A stretch of 33,394 nucleotides of DNA from positions 1-33,394 of IMG/VR virus record IMGVR_UViG_3300017778_007071; one strand, 5' to 3'. The stretch is from a virus (taxonomy: Duplodnaviria; Caudoviricetes). Below are positions 9,414 to 18,229 of this stretch, in pieces (position 1 is the stretch's first letter; the number at the start of each line of letters is the position of its first letter). The position numbers were made by a program, and so were the translations under genes. A model generated the notes under the pieces. That model saw only the letters and a list, made by a program, of their open reading frames with translations, was not told the origin of the DNA and did not search any database.

Positions 9414-10333
9414 TGCCTAAGATAACATCGGAAGATTTTTCACGAGTAATAGGCGAAGATTTATCTGAGATAGCACAGCAGTTCGTAGAAAATTCCAATC
9501 TTGAATTTGAAGAAATATCAGAGGAAGAAAGCAAAAAGATCATCAAGGCAATCTACGATGAGCTTGACAGGCGTCTACCAGTTTCGGGTGAAAGTAGAAA
9601 GGGAGACTGGGAGAATGGATGGTCAGAAAATGAGGAAAATTTCTCTCTGAAAAAAGACGTGCTAGCTCTAATTCCAAGATACTTTGGAAAATTTCAGATT
9701 GTTCGATGGGACAAGAAGCTGGTAAGAGCAGTTAGCGATAATTTTGAATACAAGATGTTGGAAGCTATTGAGCTGCATGAGTTCCAGAAATATCTCTCAA
9801 AGTTTCAAAAGATTGTAGAGCTTGGATGTGGAACTGGCCATAACTTACTTAGAGCTCGAAAAGTTAATGACAAAGCAGAGCTAATCGGTCTTGATTGGAC
9901 AACAACATCCCAATCCATTCTTTCAAAATTAAATGAGAGCGGAACACTTGCTTGTCGTGGGATCAATTTCAACTTTTTCTCACCGTCTTGTGACTTAGAC
10001 TTCAAAGATTCTGCAGTTTATTCAATAGCCGCCTTGGAACAAATTGGAAATTCTCACGATAGGTTGTTAGAATTTCTCATCAAAAAGTTTCCTGCAATTT
10101 GCTTGCATCTTGAGCCTATCGTAGAGCTGATGGACGAGAAAGGATCTTCTCTTGACAAGCTGTGCTCTGATTATTGTAAGAAGAGAAATTATCTTTCGAA
10201 TTTCTTAAATCGTCTCTACGATCTTGAAAAAGAAGGTTTGATAGAGATGTTAGAGGTAAGACGAAACTATATCGGTAGCTTGTACATAGAAGGCTATTCG
10301 TTGGTCGCTTGGCGACCAACTCGAAGGAATTAA
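9413..10333 (+). CDS. Class I SAM-dependent methyltransferase
   Basis: VELGCGTGHNL motif I, GLDW motif II, and ALEQ. ATG 9413 sits in a TAATG overlap. Confidence 0.8.
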   Translation: MPKITSEDFSRVIGEDLSEIAQQFVENSNLEFEEISEEESKKIIKAIYDELDRRLPVSGESRKGDWENGWSENEENFSLKKDVLALIPRYFGKFQIVRWDKKLVRAVSDNFEYKMLEAIELHEFQKYLSKFQKIVELGCGTGHNLLRARKVNDKAELIGLDWTTTSQSILSKLNESGTLACRGINFNFFSPSCDLDFKDSAVYSIAALEQIGNSHDRLLEFLIKKFPAICLHLEPIVELMDEKGSSLDKLCSDYCKKRNYLSNFLNRLYDLEKEGLIEMLEVRRNYIGSLYIEGYSLVAWRPTRRN

Positions 10334-10334
10334 A

Positions 10335-11264
10335 ATGAAGAAAGTTTTAGTTACAGGTGGATCGGGTATGGTTGGGCATGAGATGCGTCATTTGCATCCT
10401 GAATTTTCATATCCTGACAGAAGAGAGCTTGATTTAGAATCAGAAGATAGCGTGAAACAGTTTCTAAGCAAGAATCAATTTGACGTTGCGATACATCTTG
10501 CAGCTCGAGTCGGTGGAGTGGTAGACAACACAAGACACGTTGCAGACTTTTTTTCGACAAATATGTCCATTAATAGAAATTTTCTTGAGCATTGCCAGAA
10601 GGCAGGTGTGAAAAAAGTTGTCTCTGTTCTATCAACATGTGTATACCCTGACGCCCCGTTCGTCAAATACCCGTTGACTGAAGATCAGCTTCATCTTGGC
10701 CCACCTCATATTTCCAATTTTGGCTATGCATTCGCAAAGCGAATGTTGGATGTTCAAAGTAGAACTCTTAGATCGCAATACGGCTGCAATTTTGTTACCG
10801 TGATACCAAATAACTTGTATGGTGTCAATGATAACTTTGACCTGCAGTCGGGTCACGTAATACCGTCGATGATTCGTAGATTTTATGAAGCTAAGATTTC
10901 TGGAGCTGATGAGGTAATTTGCTGGGGATCAGGGCAACCAGAGCGTGAGTTCACTTATTCTCGAGACGCAGCCTCTATTATAGTTTGGGCAGCTGATCAT
11001 TACGATGATCCCGAGCCTGTTAATATTGGAGACGTTAAGTCTATCACGATCAAACAACTCGCTGAGTCCATCGCTTCTGAAGTTGGATTCACGGGGAAAA
11101 TAATATGGGACACCAGCAAGCCAGACGGTCAGCTTATGAAGCCATCATCTAATAAGAAGCTTATTGACCATGGCTGGAAGGGGTCTTACACTCCCTTGGA
11201 AAGTGGGCTAAGAGAAACCATCGAGTGGTTTAAGTCAACATTCCCCAGCGTCAGGGGCGCGTAA
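10335..11264 (+). CDS. fcl: GDP-L-fucose synthase (GDP-4-keto-6-deoxymannose epimerase/reductase)
   Basis: TGGSGMVG, HLAARVGG, STCVYP, YAFAKR, PNNLYG.NDNF, HVIP, WGSGQP.REF and KPDGQ motifs. Confidence 0.95.
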   Translation: MKKVLVTGGSGMVGHEMRHLHPEFSYPDRRELDLESEDSVKQFLSKNQFDVAIHLAARVGGVVDNTRHVADFFSTNMSINRNFLEHCQKAGVKKVVSVLSTCVYPDAPFVKYPLTEDQLHLGPPHISNFGYAFAKRMLDVQSRTLRSQYGCNFVTVIPNNLYGVNDNFDLQSGHVIPSMIRRFYEAKISGADEVICWGSGQPEREFTYSRDAASIIVWAADHYDDPEPVNIGDVKSITIKQLAESIASEVGFTGKIIWDTSKPDGQLMKPSSNKKLIDHGWKGSYTPLESGLRETIEWFKSTFPSVRGA

Positions 11265-11301
11265 TTTTGTGAAGTTTCAACTAGTTTAAACAGAGGTTTG
11301 T

Positions 11302-12114
11302 ATGAAAGTTCAAAAAGTAATATTTTCTTGTGATCTCAACCCACAGTACGTAGGATTCTGGAACTCGATTTCTAAACACACACACGAGTTTTTGGGTCTT
11401 GAGACTCAATTGATATGTTTAGGAGACCCGTCAGGCCTTGGATTTAGCGACAAACACGGTGAGTTGAAGGTCGTCCCACTAATGTCAGAGTATCCAGGGA
11501 TACTGCAAGCGCTCTGGGCAAAATTTTGGTTCACATCTCAAGAACCAGAAACTGTTTGGATGGTAGGAGATCTTGATCTTTACCCTCTGCAAAAGAAGCT
11601 GTTTCTCAATAATTGCGATCATCTTCCTGATGACTCCTACGCTCATCTAAGTCCAGCTGCTTACGGTGAACTCTGGCACACTTACTCGCCGAAGATACAC
11701 CCCGGAGTTCCTGGTTACTATCACGTTGCAAAGGGAAAGACTTTTACGGAAATGCTTGAGCTTCATGATACATTTCGCGAAGCTATCGACTTTATGTACA
11801 ATTCTGGTCGCTTTGGAATAAAAAACCAGGGAGTTGACCAATACGCGGGTGAAACCTCTAGAAGAATCCCACACTGGGGATGGTTCGGAGCTGAAGAGCA
11901 TTATTGCTCTGAGATCCTTATTAAGAAGAAAGATCGGGTGATTAACGCTGGGGTCGATGGGTGGAAAAGAGTCGACAGATCCAACGGATGCCAATTCGAT
12001 ATGGATGTTTTGAAGTCGGGGGGTTACGTTGACATGCACTCTGTAAGACCATATGAGCCGTACGCAGAGCAGATCGAGGCGTTGCTGCAGATAGTCAGAG
12101 ATTATGTGCAATAA
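11302..12114 (+). CDS. Hypothetical protein, possible GT-A glycosyltransferase
   Basis: 270-aa ORF with a GAGG RBS, a VGDLDLYP DxD-like motif and a late DMHS His motif. Sits between fcl and gmd. Confidence 0.5.
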   Translation: MKVQKVIFSCDLNPQYVGFWNSISKHTHEFLGLETQLICLGDPSGLGFSDKHGELKVVPLMSEYPGILQALWAKFWFTSQEPETVWMVGDLDLYPLQKKLFLNNCDHLPDDSYAHLSPAAYGELWHTYSPKIHPGVPGYYHVAKGKTFTEMLELHDTFREAIDFMYNSGRFGIKNQGVDQYAGETSRRIPHWGWFGAEEHYCSEILIKKKDRVINAGVDGWKRVDRSNGCQFDMDVLKSGGYVDMHSVRPYEPYAEQIEALLQIVRDYVQ

Positions 12115-12140
12115 TCTCTAATCAAAAAACACGATTATAT

Positions 12141-12146
12141 TAGAAT
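12141..12146 (+). promoter_or_regulatory. -10 box TAGAAT 6 nt before the gmd ATG (possible leaderless transcript)
   Basis: TAGAAT-N6-ATG with no Shine-Dalgarno; the same geometry occurs before glf. Confidence 0.45.
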
Positions 12147-12152
12147 TTAGCT

Positions 12153-13133
12153 ATGAAAACTGCTCTAATCACGGGTGTAACTGGACAAGATGGTTCGTAT
12201 TTAGCTGAGCTTCTTTTAGAGAAAGGCTATCATGTGGTAGGCATGAAGCGTAGAACATCGTTGTTAGCGACAGATCGAATTGACCATCTTCTATCGAATC
12301 CAAAATTCCAGCTTGTATATGGTTCTATGAATGACGCTGGCGCATTCTATCGTCTGTTCTCGAATCAGAAGTTCGATGAGGTCTACAATCTTGCAGCGCA
12401 GTCTCACGTTCGTGTCTCATTTGATGTGCCTGAAGAGACTGTTGACGCTGTAGCGATGGGTCCGCTTCGTTTGCTTGAGTGCATTAGAACAATGCAGCCG
12501 AGCTGTCGATTCTATCAGGCATCTTCATCTGAGATGTACGGAGACAATCCGGAGCACCCTCAGAATGAGGAGACCAGACTCATGCCGGCGTCCCCTTACG
12601 CATGTGCCAAAGTCTTTGCTCATGGTCTCACTCGCAACTACCGTGAGGGACACGGAATCCATTCCTCCTCTGGTATCCTGTTCAACCACGAGAGTCCACG
12701 CCGCGGCGAGACGTTTGTGACTCGTAAGATCACTCTCGCTGCCGCACGAATCAAGCTCGGTCTACAGGACAAGATCACGCTTGGAAACCTTGACGCAAAG
12801 AGGGATTGGGGGTACGCCAAGGATTACGTTGAAGCGATGTGGCTCATGCTCCAGCAGGACAGACCTGACGACTACGTTGTCGCCACAGGCGAGACGCACA
12901 CCGTTAAAGAGTTTTTAGACGAAGTATTCCAGATCGCTGGACTTGACGTTGATAAGCATCTTGTCATTGATGAGAGGCTCAAACGACCGCACGAGGTTCC
13001 TTGGTTGGAAGGCGATTGCACAAAAGCTAAGGAAAAACTCGGTTGGAGTCCGACAACCACATTCAAGGGACTCGCAAAGTTGATGTATGAAGCTGATCTT
13101 AATCTGGTCAGAAAGTTGAACACAAGATCTTAG
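12153..13133 (+). CDS. gmd: GDP-mannose 4,6-dehydratase
   Basis: [60 protein letters not shown] and [11 protein letters not shown]. Confidence 0.98.
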   Translation: MKTALITGVTGQDGSYLAELLLEKGYHVVGMKRRTSLLATDRIDHLLSNPKFQLVYGSMNDAGAFYRLFSNQKFDEVYNLAAQSHVRVSFDVPEETVDAVAMGPLRLLECIRTMQPSCRFYQASSSEMYGDNPEHPQNEETRLMPASPYACAKVFAHGLTRNYREGHGIHSSSGILFNHESPRRGETFVTRKITLAAARIKLGLQDKITLGNLDAKRDWGYAKDYVEAMWLMLQQDRPDDYVVATGETHTVKEFLDEVFQIAGLDVDKHLVIDERLKRPHEVPWLEGDCTKAKEKLGWSPTTTFKGLAKLMYEADLNLVRKLNTRS

Positions 13134-13161
13134 GATATGATAATAGACCGTAGGAGTTCAA

Positions 13162-14130
13162 ATGAGCATCGCGGTTATTGGTCAAGGATTTGTTGGTGGA
13201 AGTCTCACCACTGTTCTCTCGGAACGTGGTGAGAAAGTTCTAGCTTACGATAAAGGCAGCAAGCGCGTCCCTGGTGGAGAGTACGAATTCCATCACATGG
13301 GTGAAGACGGACGTTTTCCAGGCTCTGTCAAAGAATTTGTTAGCGGATGCGAGACAACGTCTGGATTCACTGGTATCTACTTTGTATGCGTTCCTACACC
13401 CATGTATGAGGATGGTTCCCCTGACGTTTCTATTGTTGAAGGAGTCCTTCGTGAACTTTCCGAAGTTCCTTACAACTCTGATTTCTCAGATCGAGTTGCT
13501 GTCGTAAAGTCAACGGTCCCACCCGGATCGACTGAGCGCTGGAACAAGATGTTCAATGATCGCGGACTTCACGTGATTTTCAATCCAGAGTTCCTAACTG
13601 AAGCGAACGCTGTAAATGATATGCGCGACCAGAACAGGATCATCCTTGGTGGGCCTCGCCCATTCATAAATATGGTTCGAAACGTGTTCCAGCGCGCGTT
13701 TCCCAAGGTTCCGATCATCAAGACAAGCTCGACCACGGCTGAGATGGTGAAGTACGTCACAAACTGCATGCTTGCCGTGAAGGTGTCATTCGCCAATGAG
13801 GTAGCTCAAATTTGTGAAGCGCTTGACGCTGACGGTCTTAACATCGATTATGATAAGGTCGTTGAGTATGCCAAGGTTGACAGACGTCTTGGCGATTCGC
13901 ACTGGTCCGTTCCAGGTCCTGTGCCCACTCATGATGGTCGATACGTTCGAGGCTTTGGCGGTCACTGCTTCCCGAAGGACATCAACGCTCTTATGAGCGT
14001 CGCTCGTAAGTACGACGTGAAACCGAGAGTGATGCAGGCAGCCTGGGAAAAGAACCTTGAGGTCCGCGGTCCTGACGATCGTGATTGGGAGAAGCAGATT
14101 GGTCGTGCTGTCAGCAAGAGGAAGCAGTAA
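13162..14130 (+). CDS. ugd: UDP-glucose/GDP-mannose 6-dehydrogenase family protein, short form
   Basis: GQGFVG, VCVPTP, KSTVPPG, NPEFL, AEMVKY and catalytic GFGGHCFPKD. RBS AGGAG at 13152. Only 322 aa. Confidence 0.88.
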   Translation: MSIAVIGQGFVGGSLTTVLSERGEKVLAYDKGSKRVPGGEYEFHHMGEDGRFPGSVKEFVSGCETTSGFTGIYFVCVPTPMYEDGSPDVSIVEGVLRELSEVPYNSDFSDRVAVVKSTVPPGSTERWNKMFNDRGLHVIFNPEFLTEANAVNDMRDQNRIILGGPRPFINMVRNVFQRAFPKVPIIKTSSTTAEMVKYVTNCMLAVKVSFANEVAQICEALDADGLNIDYDKVVEYAKVDRRLGDSHWSVPGPVPTHDGRYVRGFGGHCFPKDINALMSVARKYDVKPRVMQAAWEKNLEVRGPDDRDWEKQIGRAVSKRKQ

Positions 14131-15017
14131 TGAAAGCGCTCGTAACAGGTGGAGCTGGCTTCATCGGTTCCCACGTTGTTGATGCTCTGATTGCTCGCGG
14201 TGATGAGGTCATCTGTGTTGACGATAAGTCAGCACCGCAGAATGACCAGTTCTACTGGAACGATGCTGCAACAAACATAGGCGCTGATATTCGTGATCTT
14301 CACGAGAGTGTGTATCACGGTGTTGACGTTGTATTTCATCTTGCTGCACGCTCCAGGATCCAGCCGACGGTTAACAATCCCTCTGAATGCTTCTCAGTCA
14401 ATGCACTTGGAACCCAGGCAGTTCTGCAGTCCAGCTATCGGGCAGGTGTCAAGAGAGTTGTTTACTCAGGATCATCTTCGTACTACGGAAATAGGAGCGT
14501 TCCTCCGTTTAAAGAAGACATGCTTCCTGGATGCGCAACCCCATATTCTCTCTCTAAATGGCAGGGAGAGCAGATTTGTGAACTCTACACAAAGCTTTAC
14601 GGTCTTTCGACAGTCTCACTTCGTTACTTTAACGTCTATGGTCCTCGAGAGCCTCTTCGCGGTGAGTATGCACCCGTCATGGGTCTCTTTAAGCGCCAGC
14701 TTCACGAATCAAAGCCCATGACTGTTGTTGGAGACGGTGAGCAGCGTCGTGATTTCACTTATATTGATGATGTTGTGTCTGCTAATCTTCTTGCAGCTGA
14801 GAAGATAGAGGTTCACGGTATCATCAACATTGGAACCGGACAGAATTACTCTATCAATGATCTTACGAGGATGATCGGAGGGCGCGGACGATGCATCGAG
14901 CATATCATTGAGAGAGTAGGCGAGACACGAATCACTCTGGCTGACAACACTCGCGCTCGACTTGAGCTTGGGTGGGAGCCCAGGGCGTCCCTAGTCGATA
15001 TGATCAACAACTACTGA
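14130..15017 (+). CDS. NAD-dependent UDP-hexose 4-epimerase (GalE/WbpP-like SDR)
   Basis: VTGGAGFIGSH, FHLAA, PYSLSK, LRYFNVYGPR and GDGEQRRDFTY. ATG 14130 sits in a TAATG overlap. Confidence 0.9.
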   Translation: MKALVTGGAGFIGSHVVDALIARGDEVICVDDKSAPQNDQFYWNDAATNIGADIRDLHESVYHGVDVVFHLAARSRIQPTVNNPSECFSVNALGTQAVLQSSYRAGVKRVVYSGSSSYYGNRSVPPFKEDMLPGCATPYSLSKWQGEQICELYTKLYGLSTVSLRYFNVYGPREPLRGEYAPVMGLFKRQLHESKPMTVVGDGEQRRDFTYIDDVVSANLLAAEKIEVHGIINIGTGQNYSINDLTRMIGGRGRCIEHIIERVGETRITLADNTRARLELGWEPRASLVDMINNY

Positions 15018-15020
15018 TAA

Positions 15021-15049
15021 TGTAAAGTTAGCCTACGGTAAGGTAGAAT
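15021..15049 (+). promoter_or_regulatory. Sigma70-like promoter directly before glf (possible leaderless transcript)
   Basis: TGTAAA (15021-15026), N17, TAGAAT (15044-15049), N6, ATG (15056). Confidence 0.5.
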
Positions 15050-15055
15050 AGCATC

Positions 15056-16153
15056 ATGTATGACTATCTTATCGTGGGCGCTGGTCTTTTTGGTGGTGTG
15101 TTTGCCCATGAGGCGCGGAGAAAAGCTAAATCCGTCCTTGTGATGGACAAACGTCCACACATCGGTGGTAACTGTTACTCTGAGAATAAGAAGGGGATCG
15201 AGGTCCACATGTACGGGCCTCACATTTTCCACACTTCGGATGAGAAGATCTGGAAATTCGTAAATCAATTCACTAGCTTCAACAGCTTTGTCTTTCGTCC
15301 GAAGGTTAATTTCGGCGGGAGAATGTTCTCGTTTCCGATCAACATGATGACCATGCATCAGCTCTGGGGCGTCAACACGCCGGATGAGGCACGGAAGAAG
15401 CTGGACGAAGTTCGAATCCACTGCGATAACCCTCGAAATTTAGAGGAATGGATTCTTTCCCAGGTCGGTCAGGAGATCTACCAGACGTTCATCCACGGTT
15501 ACACGAAGAAGCAGTGGATGAAGGATCCTAAAGATCTTCCTGCCTCTATTATCAAGAGGCTACCGATCCGATTGACATACGATGACAACTACTTCAACGA
15601 CACCTACCAGGGAATCCCCCACAGCGGTTACACTGAGATTTTTAAGGGTCTGCTGCAGGGGTGTGATATGGCGCTTGGCGAGGATTTTTTTGCCGATCGT
15701 GCTAAGTGGGAAAAGATGGCCAAGCGAATCGTCTTCACTGGCAAGATCGATGAGTATTTCGATTATCAACACGGTGAACTTGAGTACAGGTCTCTACGTT
15801 TTGAGCACAACACTAGAGACGGTGACCAGCAGGGGAACGCAGTCGTAAATTACACTGAGTCTGATGTTCCGTGGACAAGAATCACGGAACACAAGCATTT
15901 CACACCCGAGAGGCTTGACAAGATCACAAACAGCATCTACACGAAAGAATTTCCGATCGAATGGAATCGTAATGAGACGCCGTACTATCCGATTGGAGAC
16001 GAGAGAAACGTTGAAATTTACCGAAAGTATCGTGAGATTGCTGACCAGACACCCGGAGTTCTTTTCGGTGGGCGTCTTTCTGAGTACAAGTACTACGATA
16101 TGCATCAAGTGATCGGATCCGCACTACAGAAGTCCAGGAGAGAATTTGTCTAA
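15056..16153 (+). CDS. glf: UDP-galactopyranose mutase
   Basis: IVGAGLFG, HIGGNCY, HMYGPHIFHT, YTKKQW, YQGIP, LEYRSLRF, TRITEHKHF, PYYP and GRLSEYKYYDMHQVI. Confidence 0.97.
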   Translation: MYDYLIVGAGLFGGVFAHEARRKAKSVLVMDKRPHIGGNCYSENKKGIEVHMYGPHIFHTSDEKIWKFVNQFTSFNSFVFRPKVNFGGRMFSFPINMMTMHQLWGVNTPDEARKKLDEVRIHCDNPRNLEEWILSQVGQEIYQTFIHGYTKKQWMKDPKDLPASIIKRLPIRLTYDDNYFNDTYQGIPHSGYTEIFKGLLQGCDMALGEDFFADRAKWEKMAKRIVFTGKIDEYFDYQHGELEYRSLRFEHNTRDGDQQGNAVVNYTESDVPWTRITEHKHFTPERLDKITNSIYTKEFPIEWNRNETPYYPIGDERNVEIYRKYREIADQTPGVLFGGRLSEYKYYDMHQVIGSALQKSRREFV

Positions 16154-16940
16154 TAATCTACTTCCGACAGGAAAAGCGCACGTTTCTTACTCCGAGGTTA
16201 GGAGCTGGAACGAATGTCCCTACCGCCATTACCTTCAGCAGATCATGAAGATAAATCTTGACAAGCCCAGCGAGCATCTTGACTTTGGGACTGCAGTTCA
16301 CTCTGCATGTGAGAACTACCTTAGAACGAAAGAGATGAACACCGATCAATGCTTGATGGACATTGTCTCCGCTTGGGATTCTAAGGGATTCCCCGAGGTT
16401 GAGAAGTGGGCAACATGGGCGAAGAATGCTCTTGAGGAAGTTCCGGCGTGGATCAACGAAACATTCCCTGGATGGGAGACCGTGTCTGCCGAGGAGGCTC
16501 TCTACGAGTCGATCGAGGATCGTGACGCTTACTTCAAGGGATTCGTTGACTGCATCATCAAGGTTCCTCGTGAGAAGGGCGGGTACGATCTCTGGGTTCT
16601 GGACTGGAAGACTGCAGGCGCAGGAGGGTGGAGAATCGAGAAGAAGCAGGACCCTCTCACCCTGGCGCAGGTTGCTCTCTACAAGTCCTACCTGATGAAC
16701 AAGCACAAGGAGCTTTTCGATGGAGCTCGTTACGTCAAGTGTGGTTACGTGCTCTTGAAGAAGGGAGCAAAGCCCGGAAAACGAGTTGAGCTTTTCACCG
16801 TGTCTGTTGGTCCTGTAGCGATGCAGAAAGCAAACAAGCTTGTCTCTAACACAATCGCAGGTATGCGAAAGGGCACCAAGATCAAAAATAGACAATCATG
16901 CTTGTACTGCCCATATCTCAATACAGAGCACTGCACATAA
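16146..16940 (+). CDS. PD-(D/E)XK nuclease, Cas4/AddB-like with a predicted Fe-S cluster
   Basis: N-term ECPY and GTAVH, catalytic GFVD...LDWKT, Q..LY, and C-term CLYCPY...HC (1+3 Cys arrangement). Confidence 0.88.
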   Translation: MSNNLLPTGKAHVSYSEVRSWNECPYRHYLQQIMKINLDKPSEHLDFGTAVHSACENYLRTKEMNTDQCLMDIVSAWDSKGFPEVEKWATWAKNALEEVPAWINETFPGWETVSAEEALYESIEDRDAYFKGFVDCIIKVPREKGGYDLWVLDWKTAGAGGWRIEKKQDPLTLAQVALYKSYLMNKHKELFDGARYVKCGYVLLKKGAKPGKRVELFTVSVGPVAMQKANKLVSNTIAGMRKGTKIKNRQSCLYCPYLNTEHCT

Positions 16941-16987
16941 TTTACTTATTTCACTAAAATCATAATTTTTTGAAAGGAGACATTTTC

Positions 16988-18229
16988 TTGCAGAAGAAGA
17001 AGATACTTGTCCTATCTGATCATGCGCTTTCCACGTCAGGGGTCGGGACACAAACAAGACATCTGATCAACGGACTCCTCGCAAAAAATGAGTGGACGTT
17101 TAGACAGTTTGGCGCTGCGATGAAGCACGCTGATTACCGAACTGTCATCGTGAACGATGACTTTATCATTAAGCCCATTGACGGTTTTGGGACCAAGGAA
17201 ATGCTTCGCGTTACTTTGGCTACCGAGAAGCCAGATCTGCTTCTGATATTCACAGATCCTCGTTTCTTCGTTTGGTTATTCGAGATGGAGGACGAAATCC
17301 ACCAGGTATGCCCGATAGCGTGGTGGCATGTATGGGACAACTGGCCTCGACCTGAATTTAACAAGAACTTTTACGAGTCTACCGATCTCATAAATTGTCA
17401 CTCGCATCTGACGTATGAGATCTGCAAGAAAGACTTCCCAGACAAGACAAACTTCATTCCACACGCCTTACCGAATGAAATTTTCTATCCTCTGAATGAA
17501 GATCAGCGGAAGTTCAGGAAAATTGATCTTCTCGGTCTGGGTCGTAAGGATGATTTCGTTCTGTTCTGGGTCAACAGGAACGCAAGACGAAAGCGTCCCT
17601 CCGATGTTGTTGAAGCATGGTCAATTTTCAGGAGGAAGATCGAGGCTGAAGGCAAACGTAACGCTTCTCTGGTCATGCACACCGACCCTCTTGATCCGGA
17701 AGGCCCAAACCTCCACGAGGTAACGAGGCTCTTCAACGTCCAGGACAGTGTAATCTTCTCGACTGACAGGATCGATTTTGAGAAGATGAACGTCCTTCAT
17801 AACATTTCTGATGCGTGCATCAACATTTCATACGCTGAGGGGTTCGGGCTCTCTACCCTTGAGGCGATGCAGTGCGGTCGACCTATCATTGCTGTCAAGA
17901 CTGGGGGACTTACAAGACAGGTCGTTGATCATCGTGATGGAACTGAGAACGGTGTCGCTTTACCTGTCGAGTTTAAGACTTGCGTAGGCTCTCAGGTGGT
18001 TCCATACATCTACGAAGACTACGTCTCCAACCAGACGGTTGCGGGAGCAATCGAGAAGCTCTACAGGATGGATCCGGCTGAACGAGCAGCATTGGGTGAG
18101 AAGGCGAGAGCTTACGTCCAGTCTGAATTTTCATACCAGCACGTTATCGATTCATGGCATGACACTCTCAAGTCGACAATTGAGACGTGGAGATCCAAGA
18201 ACAAAACCTGGAAGAAGGTGACCATATGA
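16988..18229 (+). CDS. Glycosyltransferase family 4 (GT-B)
   Basis: SDHALSTSGVG, FIPHA, VNRNARRK and EGFGLSTLEAMQCGRPII. Start moved to TTG 16988, downstream of AAAGGAGA. Confidence 0.92.
   Translation: MQKKKILVLSDHALSTSGVGTQTRHLINGLLAKNEWTFRQFGAAMKHADYRTVIVNDDFIIKPIDGFGTKEMLRVTLATEKPDLLLIFTDPRFFVWLFEMEDEIHQVCPIAWWHVWDNWPRPEFNKNFYESTDLINCHSHLTYEICKKDFPDKTNFIPHALPNEIFYPLNEDQRKFRKIDLLGLGRKDDFVLFWVNRNARRKRPSDVVEAWSIFRRKIEAEGKRNASLVMHTDPLDPEGPNLHEVTRLFNVQDSVIFSTDRIDFEKMNVLHNISDACINISYAEGFGLSTLEAMQCGRPIIAVKTGGLTRQVVDHRDGTENGVALPVEFKTCVGSQVVPYIYEDYVSNQTVAGAIEKLYRMDPAERAALGEKARAYVQSEFSYQHVIDSWHDTLKSTIETWRSKNKTWKKVTI

Noticed and set aside
16158-16895. 245-aa antisense ORF opposite the Cas4-like gene
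   Set aside because: Lies entirely within a motif-rich sense gene and has no recognisable motifs. Typical shadow ORF from codon bias.
16146-16990. CRISPR-Cas system
   Set aside because: No repeat-spacer array and no other cas genes are seen anywhere in the window.
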